Source: Octopus bimaculoides
Lineage: Eukaryota
Assembly (NCBI RefSeq): GCF_001194135.2
Contig: NC_069003.1
Location: 24,682,186 to 24,716,340 of the forward strand
Direction: 5' to 3'
DNA length: 34,155 nucleotides
Below the pieces are notes generated by a model. The model saw only the letters and a program-made list of their open reading frames with translations, was not told where the DNA came from and did no database searches. Shown piece by piece: positions 1-10,854 of this stretch (position 1 is the stretch's first letter; each line of letters begins with the position of its first letter). Both the position numbers and the translations under genes were made by a program.

Positions 1-278
1 GTGTACCCTTAACATAGTTCTCTGGGATATTCAGCGTTACACAGTGTGACAAGGCTGACCCTTTGAATTCCAGGCACAACAGAAACAGGAAGTAAGAGTG
101 AGAGAAAGTTGTGGTGGAAGAGTACAGCAGGGTTCGCCACTATCCCCTGCCGGAGCCTCGTGGAGCTTTTTCAGGTGTTTTCGCTCAATAAACACTCACA
201 ACACCCAGTCTGGGAATCGAAACCGCGATCCTATGACCACGAGTTCGCTGCCCTAATCACTGGGCCATTGCGCCTCCA
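1..278 (-). mobile_element. tRNA-derived SINE (family A), runs off window start
   Basis: Minus strand begins GGAGGCGCAATGGCCCAGTG with A-box-like and B-box-like (GTTTCGATTCC) motifs; same sequence recurs at 3463-3627 and 3877-3997. Confidence 0.8.
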
Positions 279-856
279 TATATATATATATACACATACA
301 CCCATATATGTCTGTTTAAATGGTTGAACTCTACTACTGGCTGGTAACTGGTTTGTGTGAACTAATTACATTGTGAACATGGATAACATATCACCCATTC
401 TTGCCATATCCAATTTGGTGCTCAGCTAAATTCAGGTGTTCCTTGTTGTGTACTACAGACAAATATGTTATTGATATGTATTTTTTAGATCTATGTTTCA
501 AGTTACAAAAATAAACATATTTTCATCGCTATATTTTTTTAATGTCTCCATATATTTTATGTGTTCAAAACTTATGATTCAGTCCATCATGACTTAAAAA
601 TGTGTTGCTTTTAATCATATGTTGAAGTATTGAAGTAAGCACAAACAAATGAAAACTCTTACAGTGAATCTTCAGTTTCAAATTATTGAATAAATAAAGT
701 CTTGTACATGTACTGAGTATGTTTTCTTTCCTCCTGTATACACATGAATGATGAAACTTTTGGCAATTTGCTATGCTTGTGAATACACATCAAGCTTAAT
801 GAAATTGTAGTTGTAACCAGTGCTGGTGGTGACATGTGAAGGGTACTTGTGTTGAT

Positions 857-1078
857 GACATGTAAAAAGTACCCATGCTGAGGACATGTAAAAAAAAAAC
901 ATCCAGTACACTCAAGGGAGTGGTTGACATTAGGAAGGGCAGGCATCCAGCCATAGAAACCGAGCCAAATCAGATTGGGGCCTGATGCAGCCCTCTGACT
1001 TACCAGTTCCTGTCAAACCATCTAACCCATGCCAGCATGGAAAACAGACACTAATTGATGATGATGATGATGATGATA
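857..1078 (+). mobile_element. Degenerate RTE-LINE 3' end (family D) with (GAT)n tail
   Basis: TAGGAAGGGC..CATCCAGCC, CCAACCCATGCCAGCATGGAAA motifs and GAT tail shared with 1829-2151, 10640-10853, 31268-31551. Confidence 0.7.
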
Positions 1079-1204
1079 TCAAGAAATTGTAAACTTTTGA
1101 GGCAACATGAGATAATTCTTTTTAGAATTATAGATCCTGAAGTGTACATATTTATAGCTTTATGTGTACTTTGAGATCCACTATTCCAGACAAAACTATA
1201 TATA

Positions 1205-1411
1205 CATGGTCTGATCAATAAGTATCCGGACTGTTGCCATAGCAATGAAGCTAAAGCACAAAGAGTGAAGCTGCTGGTCACAGATTGGCTTTGGACTCTG
1301 CTGTTTTAATGTTCTAGTGCACTTCTGCTTTTTACAGCAGGGCTTGGAAGGAAGGTGTGTAGCATGTGATCGTCACATTGATCACGACAAAGAAAGTTGA
1401 GCAAAGAATCT
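1205..1411 (+). mobile_element. Mariner transposon 5' end (TIR plus decayed start of transposase), interrupted at 1411
   Basis: TA followed by TIR-like CATGGTCTGATCAATAAGTATCCGGACT; frame (ACG)TKKVEQRI at 1384-1410 resumes as CIKFCQKL after 2159, giving EQRICIKFC typical of mariner N-termini. Confidence 0.7.
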
Positions 1412-2155
1412 TGTTACAATCAGACAAATTAATAATGTAAGAAAAGGGGTAAACTTCTGATCGCAACAACAAAGTGTTCAACAGGGAAGTAAATGTTCAT
1501 ATATGAAGATTATGTCCAGTCTCAATGGTTTCAAGGTAGGTGGTGAACGGTCTGACCCATATGCAGCTCCGTCTCTCGTTCTGGTTCTATTCATGCCAAG
1601 CTACCGCTGTCTTCTCCACTCCCCTTTTTAACAGAAAGTACGAGATTACCTGCCTTGCTCGTTAACAGGAAGTGAACGAGGTTACCTGTCTCGTACTATG
1701 CTAACTTACTGTATATATATTTGGTTATCCATACCGACGTTATTTCACTTCTGCCAAACGGTTGTTGACAAACGTTTATCTCGCCACCTTCGGAAAATAT
1801 AGGGTAAGTTCTCACCTTTCATTATCTTAGTACCGCCTGACTGGCCTTTGTATGATTTTCGAGCGAGATCGTTGCCAGTGCCCCTGGACTGGCTCTTGTG
1901 TGGGTGGCACATAAAATACACCAGTTTGAGCGTGGCCGTTGCCAGTACTGCTTGACTGGCCTTCGTGCGGGTGACACGTAAAAGCACCCACTACACTCTT
2001 TGAGTGGTTGGCGTTAGGAAGGGCATCCAGCTGTAGAAACTCTGCCAAATCAGATTGGGGCCTGGTGTTGCTATCCGGTTTCACCAGTCCTCAGTCAAAT
2101 CGTCCAACCCATGCTAGCATGGAAAGCGGACGTTAAACGGTGATGATGATGAACA
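1412..2155. mobile_element. Probable solo LTR (TGTT...AACA, 4-bp TSD ATCT) carrying a nested RTE 3' end
   Basis: Insert begins TGTTAC (1412) and ends GAACA (2155); ATCT on both sides (1408-1411, 2156-2159); removing it restores the mariner frame. Confidence 0.55.
1829..2151 (+). mobile_element. RTE-LINE 3' end (family D, young subfamily)
   Basis: GCCAGT-n8-ACTGGC hairpin units, GGTTGGCGTTAGGAAGGGCATCCAGCTGTAGAAAC, palindrome CCATGCTAGCATGG (2109-2122), GAT tail; nearly identical to 10640-10853 and 31268-31551. Confidence 0.8.
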
Positions 2156-2159
2156 ATCT

Positions 2160-2600
2160 GCATCAAATTTTGCCAAAAGCTTAACAATACCTGTTCAGGG
2201 GCTTACGTAAAGTTTTCAAAAAGTTTTCCTCATTCTCAACACAATCAAGATCTTGTGCAACTGAAACCTGAGTGTCTCTTTGGTCAGCTAAAAGCAGTTT
2301 CCACAGAAACTCGGCAGACACATGTCTCATACCCAAATCTTCAGTGTTAATGGGCTGGACTGAACCGTAACTAATCTGCACATCCTCTGATGGTAATTCA
2401 CTGATTTCCCCCCTCACAACTGCAGATACATCTGCAGTGTTTTCCCAGTTTTGCTGGTTGCAGGTCTCTCAGAATGTTCATCAAAAACGACATTTTTTCA
2501 GCTGCCTTGGAAATGTCTGAACCACTCATACACTTGTGTGTGTCTCATACACTATCTGCAACTTTGCGTAGTCCTCTGAGCAGCTATCACCATGACAACT
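2160..2600 (-). mobile_element. Mariner transposase remnant (short + strand piece 2160-2212 joined to an inverted piece 2200-2600)
   Basis: Minus strand translates with frameshifts as QVYEWFRHFQ..DEHSERPATS..ISYGSVQPINTEDLGMRHVSAEF..KLL..DQ..VSVAQDL..ENEENFLKTL, matching the mariner HTH region up to just before the first catalytic Asp (TGDETW). Confidence 0.75.
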
Positions 2601-2780
2601 TACACCACTGGCAATGCTTTTCTAAGCTAAAATGAAATAAATCTTTGAAGAAAAGAGAATACAAAAACCTATCAACTGTTCAACGTCCCACAAAATACAT
2701 TACATTTGAAAAGTTTGAAGAAAAGGCTTAAGGACTATAGAAATCAGAGAAATAGCTTCTGGCTCACCTGCTAGAATATT

Positions 2781-2994
2781 CTTTTCTACTATAGGCACAA
2801 GGCCCGAAATTCTGAGGGAGGGGGTCAGTTCATTAGATCGACCCCAGTACACAACTGGTACTTAATTTATCGACCCCGAAAGAACGAAAGGCAAAGTTGA
2901 CATCGGCGGAATTTGCACTCGGAACATAAAGACAGAAGAAAAACCGATAAGCATTTCGTCCGGTGTGCTAATGTTTCTACCAGCTCACCGCCTT
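2781..2994 (-). mobile_element. SINE family B, full copy with 17-bp TSD
   Basis: Minus head GGCGGTGAGCTGGTAGAA and core GTCAACTTTGCCTTTC..TTTCGGGGTCGATAAATTAAGTACC; flanked by TCACC(T/C)GCTAGAATATT at 2764-2780 and 2995-3011. Confidence 0.8.
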
Positions 2995-3103
2995 TCACCC
3001 GCTAGAATATTAAACTGAAAACTACTTGAATTATACATTATTTTATCTACTTCGGAAAGATACAAAATCAGAATTGGCCCCGGCAAGATTCGAACTCTGA
3101 ACA

Positions 3104-3462
3104 NNNNNNNNNNNNNNNNNNNNNNNNNNNNNNNNNNNNNNNNNNNNNNNNNNNNNNNNNNNNNNNNNNNNNNNNNNNNNNNNNNNNNNNNNNNNNNNNN
3201 NNNNNNNNNNNNNNNNNNNNNNNNNNNNNNNNNNNNNNNNNNNNNNNNNNNNNNNNNNNNNNNNNNNNNNNNNNNNNNNNNNNNNNNNNNNNNNNNNNNN
3301 NNNNNNNNNNNNNNNNNNNNNNNNNNNNNNNNNNNNNNNNNNNNNNNNNNNNNNNNNNNNNNNNNNNNNNNNNNNNNNNNNNNNNNNNNNNNNNNNNNNN
3401 NNNNNNNNNNNNNNNNNNNNNNNNNNNNNNNNNNNNNNNNNNNNNNNNNNNNNNNNNNNNNN
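3104..3462. other. Assembly gap
   Basis: Run of N. Confidence 1.
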
Positions 3463-3627
3463 GTGGTGGAAGAGTACAGCAGGGTTTGCCACCATCCTCT
3501 GCCGGGGCCTCGTGGAGTTTTAGGTGTTTACGCTCAATAAACACTCACAACGCCCGGTCTGAGAATCGAAACCGCGATCCTATGACCGCGAGTCCGCTGC
3601 CCTAACCACTGAGCCATTGCGCCTCCA
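3463..3627 (-). mobile_element. tRNA-derived SINE family A, 5' part
   Basis: High similarity to 110-278; truncated by gap. Confidence 0.8.
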
Positions 3628-3876
3628 CTAGTGCGTATTATATACGAAGTTAATAATGAAATATTTTCTAAGCAAAATTTTCTAAGTGATAAATATGTAA
3701 AGGCAATTTACTTAATATTTATTTTTCACTGACGTTATTACTGTTATTTCTTTATTTACTGCAAACAAAGTGCACAAAAACGCTACACGTTTGCATTATA
3801 TCATATATACAATAATAATAAAGGACGTTACCGTATATACGTTTACAAACCAAGGACGTTATATAGATCTCCTTGA

Positions 3877-3997
3877 CTCGTGGAGCTTTAGGTGTTTTCG
3901 CTCAATAAACACTCACAACGCCAAGTCTGGGAATCGAAACCGCGCGATCCCATGACCGCGAGTTCGCTGCCCTAACCACTGAGCTATTGCGCCTCCA
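3877..3997 (-). mobile_element. tRNA-derived SINE family A, head fragment about 90 bp upstream of the ADRM1 ATG
   Basis: High similarity to 157-278 and 3508-3627. Confidence 0.8.
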
Positions 3998-4086
3998 CAA
4001 ACGAAATAATAAATGAGATGGAGTTAACTCCCCTTTCAGTTCCTTCACAAACAAGATTTCCAAGCTAAGTCTGCAAACTCATCAAA

Positions 4087-4287
4087 ATGGCGACTGGACC
4101 GTTGTTCGGAAGTTCTGGAGGGCGATCACAAAATAAGAATTTAGTGGAGTTTCGGGCTGGCCGAATGACACTAAAAGACAAAATGGTTTATCCCGATAAA
4201 AGAAAAGGTCTGATATACATTTATCAGTCGGATGATTCGCTCATGCATTTCTGTTGGAAAGATAGGAGTTTAGGCCAAGTCGAAGAC
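4087..4287 (+). CDS. ADRM1: ADRM1/Rpn13 coding exon 1 (Pru domain N-terminal part)
   Basis: [67 protein letters not shown] matches the Rpn13 Pru signature (LVEFRAGKM, PDKRKG, DDSLIHFCWKDR); donor GAC|GTAAGT, phase 0. Confidence 0.97.
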
Positions 4288-4564
4288 GTAAGTATAATTG
4301 TAATATATCGATTTTTCTTTTTTCTTTTGGTACAAATTCTATATATTTAATAATATATAAATTTATATATATAATTACGATAGCCTGAGTGTGCTTATAT
4401 GTACCACAAAATCATATGAGAGGTTCTCTCGTAGTATTTCTAACATAACATCCAATTTTAAGTGATGATAAATATTCCCTTTTGGTATTTAATACTGTTT
4501 CTGTCGGCATACATACATATACATACCCAGATATGCACCTATATACTCTGGTTATTATTATTTT

Positions 4565-4695
4565 TTTGTCTACGTTTTGTTTGCAACGTCCTGTACCCAG
4601 ATATCCACCTATATATACAGGTAAATGTAGGTATGTACATACATGTGCATATACTCATTTATTATTTGTTTTATATATATATATTATATATATAA
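4565..4695 (-). repeat. Inverted copy of the 119-bp repeat unit found at 5794-6095
   Basis: Reverse complement reads ..CACATGTATGTACATACCTACATTTACCTGTATATATAGGTGGATATCTGGGTACAGGACGTT, matching the unit downstream of the gap. Confidence 0.85.
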
Positions 4696-4777
4696 TAATA
4701 ATAGGGATAAAATCCAAAATTACAGGTATAAACTCAATTAAAATCAGTTTATTAAAATTAAATTACGTTTCACAGTG

Positions 4778-4814
<37 letters not shown>

Positions 4815-5793
4815 NNNNNNNNNNNNNNNNNNNNNNNNNNNNNNNNNNNNNNNNNNNNNNNNNNNNNNNNNNNNNNNNNNNNNNNNNNNNNNNNNNNNNN
4901 NNNNNNNNNNNNNNNNNNNNNNNNNNNNNNNNNNNNNNNNNNNNNNNNNNNNNNNNNNNNNNNNNNNNNNNNNNNNNNNNNNNNNNNNNNNNNNNNNNNN
5001 NNNNNNNNNNNNNNNNNNNNNNNNNNNNNNNNNNNNNNNNNNNNNNNNNNNNNNNNNNNNNNNNNNNNNNNNNNNNNNNNNNNNNNNNNNNNNNNNNNNN
5101 NNNNNNNNNNNNNNNNNNNNNNNNNNNNNNNNNNNNNNNNNNNNNNNNNNNNNNNNNNNNNNNNNNNNNNNNNNNNNNNNNNNNNNNNNNNNNNNNNNNN
5201 NNNNNNNNNNNNNNNNNNNNNNNNNNNNNNNNNNNNNNNNNNNNNNNNNNNNNNNNNNNNNNNNNNNNNNNNNNNNNNNNNNNNNNNNNNNNNNNNNNNN
5301 NNNNNNNNNNNNNNNNNNNNNNNNNNNNNNNNNNNNNNNNNNNNNNNNNNNNNNNNNNNNNNNNNNNNNNNNNNNNNNNNNNNNNNNNNNNNNNNNNNNN
5401 NNNNNNNNNNNNNNNNNNNNNNNNNNNNNNNNNNNNNNNNNNNNNNNNNNNNNNNNNNNNNNNNNNNNNNNNNNNNNNNNNNNNNNNNNNNNNNNNNNNN
5501 NNNNNNNNNNNNNNNNNNNNNNNNNNNNNNNNNNNNNNNNNNNNNNNNNNNNNNNNNNNNNNNNNNNNNNNNNNNNNNNNNNNNNNNNNNNNNNNNNNNN
5601 NNNNNNNNNNNNNNNNNNNNNNNNNNNNNNNNNNNNNNNNNNNNNNNNNNNNNNNNNNNNNNNNNNNNNNNNNNNNNNNNNNNNNNNNNNNNNNNNNNNN
5701 NNNNNNNNNNNNNNNNNNNNNNNNNNNNNNNNNNNNNNNNNNNNNNNNNNNNNNNNNNNNNNNNNNNNNNNNNNNNNNNNNNNNNNNNNNNNN
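4815..5793. other. Assembly gap
   Basis: Run of N. Confidence 1.
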
Positions 5794-5832
5794 ACATCTA
5801 CATGTATATATAGGTGCATATCTGGGTACAGG

Positions 5833-5863
<31 letters not shown>

Positions 5864-5951
5864 ATACAAATAATGAGTATATGGATATATACGTACATGT
5901 ATGTACATACCTACATCTACATGTATATATAGGTGCATATCTGGGTACAGG

Positions 5952-5982
<31 letters not shown>

Positions 5983-6070
5983 ATACAAATAATGAGTATA
6001 TGGATATATACGTACATGTATGTACATACTTACATCTACATGTGTATATACATGCATATCAGGGTACAGG
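5794..6070 (+). repeat. 119-bp tandem repeat, about 2.3 visible copies
   Basis: ACATCTACATG recurs at 5794, 5913 and 6032 (period 119); units contain embedded (CA)n and (TA)n. Confidence 0.9.
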
Positions 6071-6539
6071 ACGTTAGAACAATAAACTACAGACAACGGA
6101 ACGAACACATAGGAAAACGGAAAGCCACTTGGAATATCCCTTCATCAGCTGTCTCTATTCTATCTAGACGTTTCGAAATATATATATATATATACGAGAT
6201 CCAAGGATCGAGTTACATTAAGGAGTGGAATGTATGTATCAAACTTTCAATTCACAGCCACATTCATTTGTCACCTGTCGATATAAATATATTTCAGAGA
6301 GAAAGGAACAGGAGTGCACTCAGATTCGTTTTCGTTTCTGAATCTCGAAACCTCGTATCCAGTTTAAAAGAATTGGCTCGGATTCAAGGAATTTACTGCT
6401 ACTGCGTAAACATTTTCTTCGTCATAGCAAAGAATCGAATCCTGATATTTTGTATTGTAGAAGAAACGAATAAACGGGCCATCAATTACTATTCATTATA
6501 ATGAATAATCATAGTCAAGAACATTAGTACGTTGGACAA

Positions 6540-6900
6540 ATTTGCCTTGCAATATTTAGTTTGTGGTCTTTTACGTTCTGAGTTCAAATCCTCCGAGGTA
6601 GACTTCGTTTTTCGTTCCCCCCGGAGTCGATAAAATGAAATACCGAGATCGTTATTTATAATCGACATACCCTTTCTCTTCAGAATTCCTGGCCTTCTAC
6701 TGATTCACAGAATCAGTAGAGCAGTAGGCAAACATGTTTTGTTACATTTTGTAACAGTTCTTCGCTTTCTGAGTTCAAATCTCACCCAGGTTGAGTTTAC
6801 TCTTCATGATTCCAGGATCAGTAAAATGAAAACTAATCATGCGTTGAAGTGAGGTCGAACAAACCACTTCCAAATATTTGGCCTTGTGCCTATTTTAAAA
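6540..6900 (+). mobile_element. Two degenerate SINE family B copies
   Basis: TTCTGAGTTCAAAT..GAGGT.GACTT core twice (about 6575-6640 and 6765-6830), plus the GGCCTTGTGCCTA tail near 6880. Confidence 0.6.
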
Positions 6901-7067
6901 ACGAAGAAATTGTTTTTAACATCGTTGTAACTCATTTTTAACCGTTTCATGTTACGTATGAATGATCTGTTTGTAATAATTACATGCCTACACAAGTGTG
7001 TGTGCCCATCCCCCGTTTTTGTTTCCGTATAAATTTTCAGAGAAATATTAATTTTTTTTTTTTTTTT

Positions 7068-7920
7068 NNNNNNNNNNNNNNNNNNNNNNNNNNNNNNNNN
7101 NNNNNNNNNNNNNNNNNNNNNNNNNNNNNNNNNNNNNNNNNNNNNNNNNNNNNNNNNNNNNNNNNNNNNNNNNNNNNNNNNNNNNNNNNNNNNNNNNNNN
7201 NNNNNNNNNNNNNNNNNNNNNNNNNNNNNNNNNNNNNNNNNNNNNNNNNNNNNNNNNNNNNNNNNNNNNNNNNNNNNNNNNNNNNNNNNNNNNNNNNNNN
7301 NNNNNNNNNNNNNNNNNNNNNNNNNNNNNNNNNNNNNNNNNNNNNNNNNNNNNNNNNNNNNNNNNNNNNNNNNNNNNNNNNNNNNNNNNNNNNNNNNNNN
7401 NNNNNNNNNNNNNNNNNNNNNNNNNNNNNNNNNNNNNNNNNNNNNNNNNNNNNNNNNNNNNNNNNNNNNNNNNNNNNNNNNNNNNNNNNNNNNNNNNNNN
7501 NNNNNNNNNNNNNNNNNNNNNNNNNNNNNNNNNNNNNNNNNNNNNNNNNNNNNNNNNNNNNNNNNNNNNNNNNNNNNNNNNNNNNNNNNNNNNNNNNNNN
7601 NNNNNNNNNNNNNNNNNNNNNNNNNNNNNNNNNNNNNNNNNNNNNNNNNNNNNNNNNNNNNNNNNNNNNNNNNNNNNNNNNNNNNNNNNNNNNNNNNNNN
7701 NNNNNNNNNNNNNNNNNNNNNNNNNNNNNNNNNNNNNNNNNNNNNNNNNNNNNNNNNNNNNNNNNNNNNNNNNNNNNNNNNNNNNNNNNNNNNNNNNNNN
7801 NNNNNNNNNNNNNNNNNNNNNNNNNNNNNNNNNNNNNNNNNNNNNNNNNNNNNNNNNNNNNNNNNNNNNNNNNNNNNNNNNNNNNNNNNNNNNNNNNNNN
7901 NNNNNNNNNNNNNNNNNNNN
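7068..7920. other. Assembly gap
   Basis: Run of N. Confidence 1.
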
Positions 7921-8329
7921 ATATATATATGTACTGTTTTTTGATAGTAAGATGACAAAAAGTACTCAGGGCTTCTTTCAGTTTCCATCTACCAAATCTA
8001 TTTACAAGACACATGCTCAAGGTGACATGTAGTGAGACTAAAGCTGAATAATGTGGTTAGAAAGCAACCTAACAGCACAATCATGCCTAGGAAGTGCATC
8101 CAGCTGTAAAAACCATGCCAAAAGAGACAATGAAGCATGGTACAATCTTCTGCCTAGCTAGCTCCTGTCAAACTGTCCAACCCATGTCAGTATGGAAAGT
8201 AGACATTGAATGATGATATACTCATACAAAGGCTTTTGCACAATTTCCACTAAGCTAAATTCTTCCCCCCAAAGCATTGAGCAACCTGAGATCAGTTCTT
8301 ACCCATTACATAGTTGCAATGTGGTTTTT

Positions 8330-8620
8330 AACTTCACAGCCATACCTGCTTAGGTTTGACTCCCAAGATAATTATTTGCCTTGTAGCTTTCAGCTGTAGA
8401 CCCATTCAGTGCACGCTGGGAATCATCTTGTGTTTAGCCAAGAAGTACTATGTCATCTGTAAATATATCAACCAACTGATCCACCACACCTACTGGTTGT
8501 GATGTCACTTTCATAGTGGTTGCACATGTCAATCCAGTTCATAAAAATTATGAAAAAGGTAAGGTGACATTATACACTCCTTGCCAAAGTCCAACGCCCA
8601 ACAATAACTGCAGTTAAGAA
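8330..8620 (-). mobile_element. Decayed non-LTR retrotransposon RT fragment
   Basis: Minus strand with frameshifts gives SPYLF.IFMNWI and IFTDDIVLL (YADD-equivalent motif) followed by QRALN. Confidence 0.55.
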
Positions 8621-8669
8621 CAACAACAACTAGGGTGAATGTTTTGAGTTTTATGACTCACTGCTGCTA

Positions 8670-9260
8670 TCAGTCACATATGGTCAGCCTTTTGCCTCCT
8701 CCATAAGTGCTTGTGGTTGCATTGGGAAATCCGCCTTGCAACGAAATGCTGTATTTACCTGGCACTTTTCTGATTGATTCTCCTCTATGGTTGTGAGACC
8801 TGGCCAATGTGTGTTGCCGATCTCCAGAAGCTTGAGGTCTTTCTTTGATTGCTTCTGTATTTGTCGTTTTCTTTGACTGTGTTTTGAACTGACAACTCGC
8901 TGCTGTCTCACCTCTGGGGGGGGGGGACTTTACTGACAAGGAGACCATAGTGGTTTGGGTCACGTATTGCAGCTCCCTTATGATGAACTCATCCAGAAAG
9001 TTATAGCACCAGATCCTTCCCTGGGTTGGTGTAGGTGAAGAGGTGGTCAGCTAAAGACTCTGTTCATGACAGTCAAAGCAAATATGGAGCTTGTTTCTGG
9101 CCCTCGAGCCTTCGGCGTTCATTGCTGGAACCAGGAATGGCTTCAACACACTGCAGAATTGGACCACCTTGGCCTTTGACATGGTGAACTCAATAGGAGC
9201 TGGCTGAACTCCTCCCAGGTGAATGCTGTTACAAGACACTGCTGCTATCATGAAGAAATC
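8670..9260 (-). mobile_element. Decayed LINE ORF2 C-terminal fragments
   Basis: RKRQIQKQSKKDLKLLEIGNTHWPGL resembles the RTE C-terminal pattern (K.DLK.L.I....W..L); heavily disrupted. Confidence 0.4.
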
Positions 9261-10120
9261 AATCTACAAATGATGATAATGGTACTGTTTTTGTGCTGGC
9301 TCCCTTTTAACTCTCTAATGAAACTTGCTGTAACAACGAAAGGTTGGACATTTTTCATGAGCATACCAGTCAGAAGGGGGTCTCAACATCAGCAGTGACA
9401 GTTCTTGCTATGAAATTTCATCACGGAAAGACATTTGAAAAATTACTATCAGCTTGTATAAGGCTAAGCAGTTTGTTAATACTTTACTTGGTTCAAGTGT
9501 ACTTTCAGTTTCATAAGCGATTTTATTTCTTACAATAAATTCTACAACAAACTGGATCTGAAAGTAATATACCATGAAATTCCATTCTGCAATAATGGTA
9601 AGAGATACATGGTACTTCACACTGCTGTTTACTTATTTCAGTTTGTAAGGTTTGCTGTGACTAGTACTGTAAGGCATTTTTCAAAGAGTGATGGATAGTA
9701 TAATTTCTGACAATGGTATCAAGAATTCATACCAATTTTGATGATGCTATTGTCATATGCAGAACTATTGAAGAGCACAATAAGAACAAGGCTAAATTTA
9801 TTTCAATTAATAAGACACAACATTGAACCATGACAAATATCTTTTCTGCCAAACATTGATTTGTTACATAATATACAAAATAAGAAATTATTTGCAACCT
9901 GACCCAGAAGGAGAGAATCTCTTATTGATTAACTGATCTCTAGCAATGCTAAATAGCTACATTGAAGTTTGTTGAGTTACATCTCTAGATGGGTATCCCT
10001 TTTCATGGAACTAACTCCTTATTAAATCTTGCTTTTCTATTGCAAACAGACATGTTGATCATCTTAAAACTTCAATATTTAATGTCAGTTCCATGTGTTT
10101 TACTCAGTTTTGCTACATTG

Positions 10121-10179
10121 TTGAAACTGTAGTTCCAGAGACATTGTTGAATCTGATGTCTCTGGAACTACAGTTTCAA
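10121..10179. repeat. Perfect 24-bp inverted repeat with 11-nt loop (hairpin) in ADRM1 intron 1
   Basis: TTGAAACTGTAGTTCCAGAGACAT (10121-10144), loop TGTTGAATCTG, ATGTCTCTGGAACTACAGTTTCAA (10156-10179); arms are exact reverse complements. Confidence 0.95.
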
Positions 10180-10639
10180 GCGTCCTTTCACAGTGTAATA
10201 AACCTATCACTTTCTTCTCCACAACTCTTCTCTTTCCTTGAACAAAATCTCTCATTTATTGAAAATGAGGCTATGGATATCGTAGAAATTGTTAGAAATG
10301 GCAAACCTTTATACTTTGAGGCTATTTTTCATTACATACTAATTGATCTTATTAATATTTAGTCTCAAAAGTAGGGGACGGGGGAATGAAGAATGATAAT
10401 GGTCATGTTATTGACTAGGAGATCATTGCTTACACGGGTGATAGATTTAACTGTCACTCAGCTTGACACTACCACCTGTCACCGTGGGGCCCCTTAATGA
10501 AGTTGTTAACATTTGGGCTCGGTTTCCAGTTTGAGGACTCCTTCCTCTTTCCCTCTCACCGGTTTTGGTGGCCCTGTAACAAGTCATGAGCACTACTTTC
10601 CTTTCTCATTCCTTCCCCTCATCATTTAATACCGGTTTC

Positions 10640-10853
10640 CATGCCGTTGCCAGTACCGCCTGACTGGACTTCGTGCGGGTGACACGTAAAAGCACCCACT
10701 ACACTCTGAGTGGTTGGCGTTAGGAAGGGCATCCAGCTGTAGAAACTCTGCCAAATCAGATTGGAGCCTGGTGTTGCCATCCGGTTTCACCAGTCATCAG
10801 TCAAATCGTCCAACCCATGCTAGCATGGAAAGCGGACGTTAAACGATGATGAT
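10640..10853 (+). mobile_element. RTE-LINE 3' end (family D, young)
   Basis: Nearly identical to 1935-2151 and 31335-31551; GAT tail. Confidence 0.8.
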
Positions 10854-10854
10854 G

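Noticed and set aside
200-278. tRNA genes at SINE heads (also 3550-3627, 3920-3997, 29995-30065)
   Set aside because: A/B boxes are present but acceptor stems do not close, and the sequence continues into a shared SINE body in several copies.
3043-8020. Long ORFs of 150-443 aa in the ORF track
   Set aside because: They are open only because they run through N gaps and TA/CA microsatellites; no protein signal.
9300-10380. Short ORFs in non-repetitive-looking intron DNA as a nested gene or old transposase
   Set aside because: No recognisable motifs, frequent stops and no consistent splice pattern.
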